Part shown: piece by piece, positions 9,637 to 17,480 of the stretch | How positions within the stretch are numbered: the stretch's first letter is position 1 | How the letters are laid out: each line of letters begins with the position of its first letter | NCBI GenBank assembly: GCA_041492755.1 | Contig: JBGPXN010000045.1 | Coordinates: 1-31,049, forward strand | Length of the DNA stretch: 31,049 nucleotides | Reading direction: 5' to 3' | From: Candidatus Methylomirabilia bacterium | GTDB taxonomy: Bacteria > Methylomirabilota > Methylomirabilia > Rokubacteriales > CSP1-6 | The notes under the pieces: model-generated | Database searches by the model: none | What the model was told of the DNA's origin: nothing | What the model saw: only the letters and a program-made list of their open reading frames with translations | Translations under genes and position numbers: made by a program

Positions 9637-10365
9637 ATGGTCGTCTTCGGCGCTCTGGCCGTGGTCGTGGCGGCCATCGTCAAGGGTGTGATCGGCACCG
9701 GCTTTCCCACGCTCGCCACGCCGCTGCTCACGCTGTTCCTCGACGTGAAGACCGCCTTCGTGCTGCTCATCGTCCCCAACATCGTCATGGACGCCGTCCA
9801 GCTCACGCGGCGCGGCTCGATCCTGCCGACGCTGCGGCGGTTCGCCGTGCTCCTGGCCTTCGGCGCGGTCGGGATGGTCATCGGTACGCGGCTCTTCGTC
9901 GCCCTGTCGCCTCGCGTGCTGATGCTGGTGCTCGGCGCCTTCATCCTCGTCTTCGTGGGACTCAACGCGACCCGGGTGTCTCCGCGCTTGCCGCGGGACT
10001 GGGAGCCGTGGATGTCCCCCGTCGCCGGGTTCGTGGCGGGCGTGGTCGGCGGGATCACCAACGTGCCGGGCACGCCGCTGGTGATTTACTTCTACGCGCT
10101 CGGGCTGGCAAAGCACGACTTCGTGCGCTCGGTGGCCGTCACCTTCATCGTCTACAAGCTCGTCCAGCTCGCGGCCGTGACGTGGTACGGCCTGCTCACC
10201 CTCCCCCTCCTCGGCGTCTCGTTCCTGCTCACCGCGGTCGCGCTGGGGGGATTCTTCGTGGGTCTGGCCGTCCAGGACCGCCTCGAACAGCGCGCGTTCA
10301 ACCGCGCCGTCCTCATCTTCCTCGCCGCCCTCGGCCTGTGGCTCACCGCGCGCGGCGTCCTGTGA
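9637..10365 (+). CDS. Sulfite exporter TauE/SafE family protein
   Basis: About 8 hydrophobic segments; motifs VKGVIGTGF and GVVGGITNVPGTPLVIY. Confidence 0.85.
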   Translation: MVVFGALAVVVAAIVKGVIGTGFPTLATPLLTLFLDVKTAFVLLIVPNIVMDAVQLTRRGSILPTLRRFAVLLAFGAVGMVIGTRLFVALSPRVLMLVLGAFILVFVGLNATRVSPRLPRDWEPWMSPVAGFVAGVVGGITNVPGTPLVIYFYALGLAKHDFVRSVAVTFIVYKLVQLAAVTWYGLLTLPLLGVSFLLTAVALGGFFVGLAVQDRLEQRAFNRAVLIFLAALGLWLTARGVL

Positions 10366-10391
10366 AGGTGGGAGCGGGTGCGTTCCGGGGG

Positions 10392-10883
10392 CTACGCTCC
10401 GGCGAGGAGGCTCATGATACGGCGGAGGAGCTCTTCGTGGTCCTCGACGTTGTTGCGGAAGATGTGCAGCTCCTTGAGCTGGTCCAGGTCGACGGTGCTG
10501 AACGGCTCGTTCGACCTGATGTCGGCGAAGGAGATGACCTGGAAGCAGGACCGGCCGGGCTCGGGCCGGTCGGTCACCAGCACGAAGTAGAGCGACGGCC
10601 ACTGGCGCCGCATCATCCGGAACACCGAGCGGTCGCCGCGCTGATTCTCCACCGAGATGAACTGCGGGATGGACGGCCGATACTTGACCTCGACGTGGAC
10701 CTCGCGCTCGCCGACCAGCGCGTCGTCGTCGAGGGTGGCGACGAAGTCGGGGGAGAAGTCCTCGCGGCCGAACCGAAGCGGCATCTGGCGAGCCGGGAAA
10801 GAGTCAATGCGGTAGCGTGCGCGCCTGAAGATCGACTCCACCAGCGCTTCGGCGATCCGGCTCTTGGCCTCCAGGAGATCCAT
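10392..10883 (-). CDS. Hypothetical protein with PD-(D/E)XK nuclease-like motif
   Basis: ATG at 10883 follows GGAGG. Contains AEALVESIFRRARY...FSPDFVA...VHVEVKYR. Confidence 0.65.
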   Translation of the reverse strand: MDLLEAKSRIAEALVESIFRRARYRIDSFPARQMPLRFGREDFSPDFVATLDDDALVGEREVHVEVKYRPSIPQFISVENQRGDRSVFRMMRRQWPSLYFVLVTDRPEPGRSCFQVISFADIRSNEPFSTVDLDQLKELHIFRNNVEDHEELLRRIMSLLAGA

Positions 10884-11021
10884 CCCGCCTCCCGCCTCGG
10901 CCGATCCCGAGACCGACTTGCCTCGGGCCACTATACGGCCTCTCCATCGCAACCCCCCGAAAAATAGGCCCTAGACCAGAGCGGAGGCGGGACCGGGCAG
11001 CGGCGGTTACTGGCCCGACGG

Positions 11022-12089
11022 CTACTCCACGCTCTTGCGGCGGATATCTTCCAGAAGAGTCTCGGGGACGCGCAGGAAGGACTCGACGACCGACGGGTCG
11101 AAGTGGCTTCCCGCGCAGCGCTTGATCTCCGCCTTGGCCGCCTCGAACGGGATGGCTTTGGAGTACGGCCGGTCGAACGTCATGGCGTCGAAGGCGTCCA
11201 CCACCGAGAAGATTCGGGCCCCCAGCGGAATCTCCTCCCCCTTCAGCCCAAGCGGGTAGCCGCTGCCGTCCCACTTCTCGTGGTGGTGATACACGATCGG
11301 GATCGCGGCCTGGAGGAAGGGGATGTTCTCGATCAGCCGCTTGCCGATCTCCGGGTGCCTGCGCATCACGAGCCACTCCTCCTCGGTGAGGCGGCTGGGC
11401 TTGAGGAGGATCGCGTCGGGGATGCCGATCTTGCCGATGTCGTGCAGCAGGACGCCCCGAGCGAGGTCTTCGAGGCTTTCTTCGGGCATCCCGTGCTCCT
11501 GGGCGGTGGCGACGGCGTAGCCATGCACCCGGCGCGAGTGCGACTCGGTACCGACGTCCCGTGTGTCGAGCGCGGAACCGAGCGCCTCCAGCGTTGCCTG
11601 GTACGCGTGGCTGAGCTTGTCGTGGGCGATCGCGAGGTCGCGCGTCGCCTCCGCCACCCGGCGCTCGAGCAGCTCCTGGTACTGGCGCCGCTCGATCAAT
11701 AGGTCGCGCCGCTCCAGCGCCCGCTCGGCTGCGAAGAGCAGCTCGTCGACGTTCACGGGCTTCATGATGAAGTCGTAGGCGCCGTGCTTGAGGCTGTCGA
11801 TGGCGGTCTTCACGTCGGGCGCGCCGGTGAGGACGATGACGGCGGCGTCGCCGTCGTGCGCGCGGATGGACTTCAGGAGGCCGATGCCGTCCATGATCGG
11901 CATCCGGAGATCGGTGACGGTCAGCAGCGGACCCGCGGCCTTGAAGATCTCCAGGCCTTCCTTGCCATTGGGGGCAAGCAGGCACTGGTAGTGGGCGGAG
12001 AGGAAGATCTGGTGCATGACCTCCCGGACCTGGACGTCGTCGTCGACGATGAGGACCTGTCGGGCCGCCACCTCGCTCGCCTTTGCCAT
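11022..12089 (-). CDS. Response regulator with HD-GYP c-di-GMP phosphodiesterase domain
   Basis: REC domain (IVDDD, DLRMP, KP) plus HDIGKIG and HHEKWDGSGYP. Confidence 0.93.
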   Translation of the reverse strand: MAKASEVAARQVLIVDDDVQVREVMHQIFLSAHYQCLLAPNGKEGLEIFKAAGPLLTVTDLRMPIMDGIGLLKSIRAHDGDAAVIVLTGAPDVKTAIDSLKHGAYDFIMKPVNVDELLFAAERALERRDLLIERRQYQELLERRVAEATRDLAIAHDKLSHAYQATLEALGSALDTRDVGTESHSRRVHGYAVATAQEHGMPEESLEDLARGVLLHDIGKIGIPDAILLKPSRLTEEEWLVMRRHPEIGKRLIENIPFLQAAIPIVYHHHEKWDGSGYPLGLKGEEIPLGARIFSVVDAFDAMTFDRPYSKAIPFEAAKAEIKRCAGSHFDPSVVESFLRVPETLLEDIRRKSVE

Positions 12090-13048
12090 CACGAAATCCT
12101 TGCCGAGATGGGCATGCTGCCCACCTGGTTCTTGCCCGCGCGCTTGGCCACGTACAGCGCCTCGTCGGCGAGCTTGATGAGCTCCTCGGAAGTTGACGCC
12201 TCGTCGTCGGGCAGGCTGGAGATGCCGAAGCTCGCGGTGATCGGCTTGCCGTGAGAGAAGGCGTGGGCGCTCAGGATCTGTCGGATGCGATCCGCGTACA
12301 GGCGCGCGCCCGTCTTCGACGTCTCCACGAGCAGGACCACGAACTCGTCCCCGCCGAAACGGGCGACCACGTTGATACCGCGCGAATGCCGCATCAGGAT
12401 CTGACCCACGTCCCGGAGCGTGGTGTCGCCCACCTGGTGACCCATGTCGTCGTTCACGGCCTTGAATCCGTCGAGGTCGAGCAGCACGACGGAGACGGGA
12501 TGGTTGAAGCGCCGGTAGCGTGAGATCTCCTCCTCCAGCCGAAGCGAGAAGAATCGCCGGTTGTAGAGTCCGGTCACCTCGTCCTTGAACGACGCGTCCT
12601 TGAGGCGCGTGTTGGCGGCTTCGAGCTCCTTGTAGGCGGAGTCGAGCCGGGCGGCGAAGCCGTTGATCTCGCTCGCCTGTTGCTCGATCGTCCCGAGCAT
12701 CTTGGCGAAGGAGTGCATGAGCGTGCCCACCTCGTCGTTGCGCCGCTCCACCTTGGCGACCGCCCCCTCCTGCGCCATCATGCGGGCCATCCGCGCCACC
12801 ATGCGGCCGACGTCCCAGATCACGTAGCCGCCGGCCAGCATCGCGAGCCCGGTCGAAAACAGCAGGAAGTGGAGCGCCCAGAAGCGGATGCCGTCGTCCG
12901 GGCCGACCACGGGAATCACGAAGGCCTGGATCACGTAGACCAGCACGAGCAGGGGCAGCACCGCCGATAGGGCCAGAGCGAGCAGAACCCTGCGGTGGAC
13001 CCGATACCCCACGTACGCGATGTCGGCGCCGCGCTCGGGCATAACCAT
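12089..13048 (-). CDS. Membrane-anchored diguanylate cyclase (GGDEF)
   Basis: Two N-terminal hydrophobic helices, a HAMP-like/coiled linker, DEVTGLYNRR, DLDGFKAVND, RFGGDEF. Confidence 0.92.
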   Translation of the reverse strand: MVMPERGADIAYVGYRVHRRVLLALALSAVLPLLVLVYVIQAFVIPVVGPDDGIRFWALHFLLFSTGLAMLAGGYVIWDVGRMVARMARMMAQEGAVAKVERRNDEVGTLMHSFAKMLGTIEQQASEINGFAARLDSAYKELEAANTRLKDASFKDEVTGLYNRRFFSLRLEEEISRYRRFNHPVSVVLLDLDGFKAVNDDMGHQVGDTTLRDVGQILMRHSRGINVVARFGGDEFVVLLVETSKTGARLYADRIRQILSAHAFSHGKPITASFGISSLPDDEASTSEELIKLADEALYVAKRAGKNQVGSMPISARIS

Positions 13049-13100
13049 ATTATTCTAGTGGCCGCATAGAGGTGTCGATGTCAGGTTTTTTTGCGGACTC

Positions 13101-13337
13101 ATGGCCGTAATCCCGCACCGGACCATCGATTGCATCGGCCTGTTCTGCCCGGTCCCCATTCTCCGGACCCAAGGGGCCATGGCCGACGTGGGTGTCGGCG
13201 ATGTGGTCGAGGTCCTGTCGGACGATCCCGCCGCTGAAGGGGATCTGCGGGGCTGGCTGGGCCGGACGGGCCACGAGCTGCTTACGCTGGACAAACATGG
13301 CACGGTTTTCCGCTTCCTCGTCCGGAAGACCCGGTAG
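13101..13337 (+). CDS. tusA: Sulfurtransferase TusA family protein
   Basis: 78 aa with DCIGLFCPVP (CPxP motif) and VLSDDPAAEGDL. Confidence 0.88.
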   Translation: MAVIPHRTIDCIGLFCPVPILRTQGAMADVGVGDVVEVLSDDPAAEGDLRGWLGRTGHELLTLDKHGTVFRFLVRKTR

Positions 13338-14496
13338 CCGCGAGCCGGTCCCCAGCGGCGTCTACCTGGACTACGGCGGATTCGCGCCCGTCGACCCCCG
13401 GGTGGTGGCCGTGATGCGGCCGTTCCTGGAGGGCGGGGTCGGAAATGCCGCGGCGCTCCATTCGCTCGGGCTCGAGGCCCGTGCCTCGCTGGAGGGTGCG
13501 CGGGCCAAGCTCGCGCGGCTCTTTGGCGGCGTGCCCGGAGGCGTCATCTTCACGTCGTGTGCCACCGAAGCCAATAATCTTGCAATCAAAGGCACCCTCG
13601 ACCGCGCGCAAGGCCGACACGTCGTCACCTCCACTATCGAGCACGTCTCGATCATCAACGTCTGCCGCGACCTGGAAAAGCGCGGCGGAGCCGTCACCTG
13701 GCTGGCCGTGGACCCCGAGGGCCGGGTGAACCCCCGCGACGTCGCGACCGCTATTCGGCCCGACACCGCCCTCGTCTCCGTGATGGCCGCCAATGGGGAG
13801 ATCGGCACAATCCAGTCGGTTCGTGAGATCGGCCGTGTGGCCCGGGAGCACGGGGTGCCGTTCCACGTCGATGCCGTCGGCGCCCTGGGCCGGGTGTCCC
13901 TCAGCGTGGACGAGTGCGGCATCGATCTGCTGACCCTGTCGTCCAACGACCTCTACGGTCCGCCGGGGGCGGGGGCCCTCTGGGCCCGGTCGGAGGCGAA
14001 GCTGGCCCCCCGGCTGCTCGGCGGCGGACAGGAGCGCGGCTACCGGTCCGGGACCGAGAACCTCCCAGCGATCGTCGGCATGGGGGTGGCCGCCGACTTC
14101 GCCCGTGCCGAGATGGCCGCTGAAGCGACTCGACTGGCCAGCCTGCGCGACCGGCTGCTCACCGGGCTCGTGGCCGCGGTTCCCGGCGCCCGGGTGACGG
14201 GGGCCAAGGGCCTGCAGCGCCTGCCGCAGCACGTGAGCGTCGTGGTGCCGGGCGTCAAGGCCGACGGCATACTGATGGAGCTCGACTTGCGCGGCGTGGC
14301 GGCCTCGACCGGCTCGGCGTGCAACAGCCTCACCGGCGAGCCGTCGCACGTGCTCCGCGCGATCTGGTGCGACCGGGCCGCCGCCGAAGGCTCGCTGTGC
14401 TTCACGCTCGGGCGCTGGACGACGGCCGCCGAGATCGAGGTCGTGCTCGAGATCCTGCCCGGCATCGTCGAGCGACTGCGGCGCCTCGCGCCCTGA
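13297..14496 (+). CDS. IscS/NifS-like class V aminotransferase-fold protein lacking the PLP Schiff-base lysine
   Basis: YLDY, FTSCATEANN, IEHVS, ANGEIGTIQ, HVDA, RSGTENL and STGSAC are present, but SSNDLYGP replaces S-x-H-K-x-x-G-P. The nearest ATG (13297) lies inside tusA. Confidence 0.85.
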   Translation: MARFSASSSGRPGSREPVPSGVYLDYGGFAPVDPRVVAVMRPFLEGGVGNAAALHSLGLEARASLEGARAKLARLFGGVPGGVIFTSCATEANNLAIKGTLDRAQGRHVVTSTIEHVSIINVCRDLEKRGGAVTWLAVDPEGRVNPRDVATAIRPDTALVSVMAANGEIGTIQSVREIGRVAREHGVPFHVDAVGALGRVSLSVDECGIDLLTLSSNDLYGPPGAGALWARSEAKLAPRLLGGGQERGYRSGTENLPAIVGMGVAADFARAEMAAEATRLASLRDRLLTGLVAAVPGARVTGAKGLQRLPQHVSVVVPGVKADGILMELDLRGVAASTGSACNSLTGEPSHVLRAIWCDRAAAEGSLCFTLGRWTTAAEIEVVLEILPGIVERLRRLAP

Positions 14497-14507
14497 CGCG
14501 CTCCGCC

Positions 14508-15197
14508 ATGCGTCTGTTCCTGTTCGACGTCGACGGCACGCTGGTGACCGCGCAGGGCGCCGGTCGCCTCGCCATCGGCCGCGCGCTCGAAGCGGTCTAC
14601 GGCAGCGCCGGCCCGATCGCGAGCTACGACTTCCGCGGCCGGACCGATCCGCGCATCGTGTTCGACCTCATGGGCGCGGCGGGCCTCGCCGACACCGAGA
14701 TCCGCGCGCGGCTACCGGCGTGCTTCCACGCGTACGTGAACGAGCTGAGCGCCCTCGTCGCCGACGGGCGGCGGGTGCGTGTGATGCCCGGGATCGATCG
14801 CGTGGTCGACGCGCTCGCCGCGCGCGACGATGCGCTGGTCGGGCTGCTGACCGGCAACATCGAGGCCGGCGCGCGCGTGAAGCTCGGCCCTCCCGGGCTC
14901 TGGCCGCGCTTCCGCCTCGGCGCCTACGGCTCCGACGACATCGACCGCCGCCGCCTGCCCGCCATCGCGTGCGCCCGCGCGCGGGCGGTGGCCGGCCGTG
15001 AGTTTCCCTTCGAGCGCGTGACGATCATCGGCGACACGCCGCTCGACGTCGATTGCGCCCGCGCGTGCGGCGCCGTCGCCGTGGCCGTCGCCACCGGCAA
15101 CCACGCCGCGGAAGAGCTGTCGGCGTGCGCGCCGGATCTGCTCTTCACCGACTTCACGGACGTCGACACGGCGGTGCGCCGGCTGACCGGCGGGTGA
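14508..15197 (+). CDS. HAD-superfamily hydrolase (phosphoglycolate phosphatase-like)
   Basis: Motif I LFDVDGTL, motif II LLTGN, motif IV IGDTPLDV. Confidence 0.9.
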   Translation: MRLFLFDVDGTLVTAQGAGRLAIGRALEAVYGSAGPIASYDFRGRTDPRIVFDLMGAAGLADTEIRARLPACFHAYVNELSALVADGRRVRVMPGIDRVVDALAARDDALVGLLTGNIEAGARVKLGPPGLWPRFRLGAYGSDDIDRRRLPAIACARARAVAGREFPFERVTIIGDTPLDVDCARACGAVAVAVATGNHAAEELSACAPDLLFTDFTDVDTAVRRLTGG

Positions 15198-15260
15198 GCG
15201 GGTGGCCGCGCGGGCGTGACCGGGGCGCGGATGGCCAGTGCGCCGGTCAGCGCGCCGGGG

Positions 15261-15905
15261 TCACAGGCCCGTGATCTTGATTCCCGAGTTCTTGAGCTTG
15301 TAGCGCCGGTTGATGGTCGCGAGCACCGCGGTGATGCCCTCCAGGCAGGCCGCGTTGCTGAGGGCGCCGACGTCGACCGCGCGCAGCTCCATGGTGGCTG
15401 CCAGCTCGGACACCGTCTGCTTGGCGGCCGCGTCGCCGCCGCACATGAGCAGGTCGCACTCGATCGGGTGATCGGTGCTCGCGAGCTCGTGGGCCGCGAT
15501 GTGATTGAACGCCGCCACCACGCGCGCGTCGGGAAGCAGCGCCTGCGCCTCCTCCGCCGACGAGCCGGCCGCCGGCGGCGTGAACAGGCGCGGACCACCG
15601 AACGTCAGCGGCACCACGGTGCTGATCACGACCTTGCCGCGGCAGTTGGGCGCCACCGGGGGCAGCGTGGCCGCCAGCCCGGCCGCCGGCAAGGCGAGCA
15701 CGATGATCTCGCCGAGCTGGGCCGCCTCCACGTTGGTGTGGCCGATGATGGCGATCTTACCGGTGCTCTCGCGCAGCTCGACCGCCTTCTGCTTCGCGCG
15801 GTCCGCGTCACGCGAGCCGATGATGATCGAGTGCCCGGCCTGGGCCCAGCGCTGCGCCAGTCCCACACCCTCCTTGCCGGTGCCGCCCAGAATGGCGATG
15901 TTCAT
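15261..15905 (-). CDS. npdG: NADPH-dependent F420 reductase (F420H2:NADP+ oxidoreductase, Fno)
   Basis: IAILGGTGKEGVGLA, IGSR, VVPL, VVAAFNHIAA, ending INRRYK...GIKITGL; lies within the cof cluster. Confidence 0.9.
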   Translation of the reverse strand: MNIAILGGTGKEGVGLAQRWAQAGHSIIIGSRDADRAKQKAVELRESTGKIAIIGHTNVEAAQLGEIIVLALPAAGLAATLPPVAPNCRGKVVISTVVPLTFGGPRLFTPPAAGSSAEEAQALLPDARVVAAFNHIAAHELASTDHPIECDLLMCGGDAAAKQTVSELAATMELRAVDVGALSNAACLEGITAVLATINRRYKLKNSGIKITGL

Positions 15906-15927
15906 CCGTGCTGCCTCCGTGTGTGAC

Positions 15928-15967
15928 TCGGAGCGCCCCGGCCCAGCCGTGGCGCTCCTCGATCTCC
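15928..15967 (-). repeat. Copy of the REP-like hairpin also found at 30842 and 30920
   Basis: Minus strand ggagatcgaggagcgccacggctgggccggggcgctccga versus ggagatcagaggagcgccacggctttgccggggtgctccga at 30910-30950. Confidence 0.8.
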
Positions 15968-15968
15968 G

Positions 15969-16721
15969 TCAGCGGAACAGGTCCCGGGCGGGATCGCGCA
16001 GCAGCGGCTTCGATCCCTCGTCGCTGGTGACGAGGCCGAGCCCGCGCACGATCGCGACGGGGATGCGGTCGAGCTTGCCCATCACCAGCTCGGCCGCGCT
16101 CGCCAGCTCGTCGGCCACGGCCAGGATGGTGGCCTGCAGCAGGTAGCCGGCGGGGTCGCGCTCACCGAGGTAGCTCCGCAGCGGCGCCAGGCCGCTGACG
16201 CCGATCGCCACGTTGGTGAGTCCCTCGCGCCACGGCCGGCCGAACGTGTCGGCGATGACGATGCCGACCTCGACGCCGGTGCGCGCGCGCAGCCGCTCGC
16301 GCAGCGTGCGCGCGGAGCCGTCCGGGTCTTCCGGCAGCAGCACGACCCAGCCCGCGTCGACGTTGGACTGATCGACGCCGGCGTTGGCGCAGATCCAGCC
16401 GTGGTGCGTCTCCGTGATCAGGATGCCCTTGTCCATGCGGACCACGCGCCGGGATTCGCGCAGGATGACCTCGACCAGGCGCGGATCGCGCCCGAGCCCG
16501 CGGGCCAGCGAGTCCGCCACCGGCGAGGGGGTGACGTCGTCGAGGCGCAGGAGCCGGCCCTCGGCCTTGGAGACGATCTTCTGGCCGATGACGAGCACGT
16601 CGCCGGGGTGCAGGGGCGTGTCCTGACGCGCGGCCGCGTCGACGATGAGCCGCGCGACGTCGTCACCGGGACGCACCTCGGCGATGTTCTCGATGCCGAT
16701 GACTTCGTAGCGCGGGGCCAT
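15969..16721 (-). CDS. cofE: Coenzyme F420-0:L-glutamate ligase
   Basis: EVRPGDD, QKIVSKAEGR, CANAGVDQSN, LLPEDPD, DTFGRPWREG, ADELASAA. No C-terminal nitroreductase domain. Confidence 0.93.
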   Translation of the reverse strand: MAPRYEVIGIENIAEVRPGDDVARLIVDAAARQDTPLHPGDVLVIGQKIVSKAEGRLLRLDDVTPSPVADSLARGLGRDPRLVEVILRESRRVVRMDKGILITETHHGWICANAGVDQSNVDAGWVVLLPEDPDGSARTLRERLRARTGVEVGIVIADTFGRPWREGLTNVAIGVSGLAPLRSYLGERDPAGYLLQATILAVADELASAAELVMGKLDRIPVAIVRGLGLVTSDEGSKPLLRDPARDLFR

Positions 16722-16723
16722 GG

Positions 16724-17386
16724 TCAGCCGGCCGGCGCGGCGAGGCGGCCGGTGCGCGCCCAGCTCGCCACGAGTCGCCCGCTCTCGGTGTCCGGAGCTT
16801 CCGCCACCAGGGCGTGGAGGTCTTCGGCGTCGTCGACGTCCAGACCGAGACCGCGAAGCTTCACCACGTGCGGGATGAAGCCGCGCTCACGCGCCACGGC
16901 GAGGTGATTCTCGAACGACGGCTCGCCGAACGTGAGCGGCATCGCGTCGGGCGGCGCGACGGCGACGCCGTTGGTCCCGAGTCCGGAGCGCGACGGCACG
17001 AAGACGGCGCGCTTGGGGTGGCCGGCACCGGTCTCGACCAGCGTGCGGATCTCGGCGGCCGTCACGGCGGGGACGTCGCCGGGCACGGTGGCGAAGAGCC
17101 GGGCGCCGGCCTGGCGGGCGCGCGCCTGGGCCAGAGCCACCGCCGTCGTGTGGCCGCGGTTCTCCGCCTCGGCGAGGACGTGCGCGCCGAGCGCCTGGGC
17201 GATGGCGGCCACCTCGCCGTCCCGCGTGACGACCCACACCACGTCGATCCCCGTCGGCTGAAAGGCGCGGAGCACGTCGCTGAGCATGGCGCGCGCCAGC
17301 GCCATCCGTTCGTCGGCGGCGAGCACGCGCAGGAGCCGCCGCTTGGCATTGACCAGATCCTTGACCGGCACGGCCGCGACGACCAT
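16724..17386 (-). CDS. cofC: 2-phospho-L-lactate/PEP guanylyltransferase
   Basis: VPVKDLVNAKRRL, AMLSDVL, GDVP, GLGTNG, FGEPSFENH, LDVDDAEDL. Confidence 0.9.
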   Translation of the reverse strand: MVVAAVPVKDLVNAKRRLLRVLAADERMALARAMLSDVLRAFQPTGIDVVWVVTRDGEVAAIAQALGAHVLAEAENRGHTTAVALAQARARQAGARLFATVPGDVPAVTAAEIRTLVETGAGHPKRAVFVPSRSGLGTNGVAVAPPDAMPLTFGEPSFENHLAVARERGFIPHVVKLRGLGLDVDDAEDLHALVAEAPDTESGRLVASWARTGRLAAPAG

Positions 17387-17389
17387 GGC

Positions 17390-17480
17390 CTAGCCCGGAT
17401 TATTCATGAGCGAACCACGCGGGAGGCGACAGGACCCGCCGCCTCCCGCGGAGTGCGCGTTCATGAATAATCCGCACTAG
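17390..17480. repeat. 91-bp palindromic element bounded by CTAG on both sides (MITE-like)
   Basis: ctag-cc-cggattattcatga...cgcgggaggcg-loop-cgcctcccgcg...tcatgaataatccg-ca-ctag. Perfect 14-bp outer and 11-bp inner inverted repeats. Confidence 0.85.

Noticed and set aside
7364..9691. 775-aa ORF on the + strand and many other long antisense or alternate-frame ORFs (e.g. 5856-7370, 9235-10602, 24129-25496, 27548-28789)
   Set aside because: They are shadows of well-supported genes in high-GC DNA, Arg/Gly/Ala-rich and without recognisable motifs.
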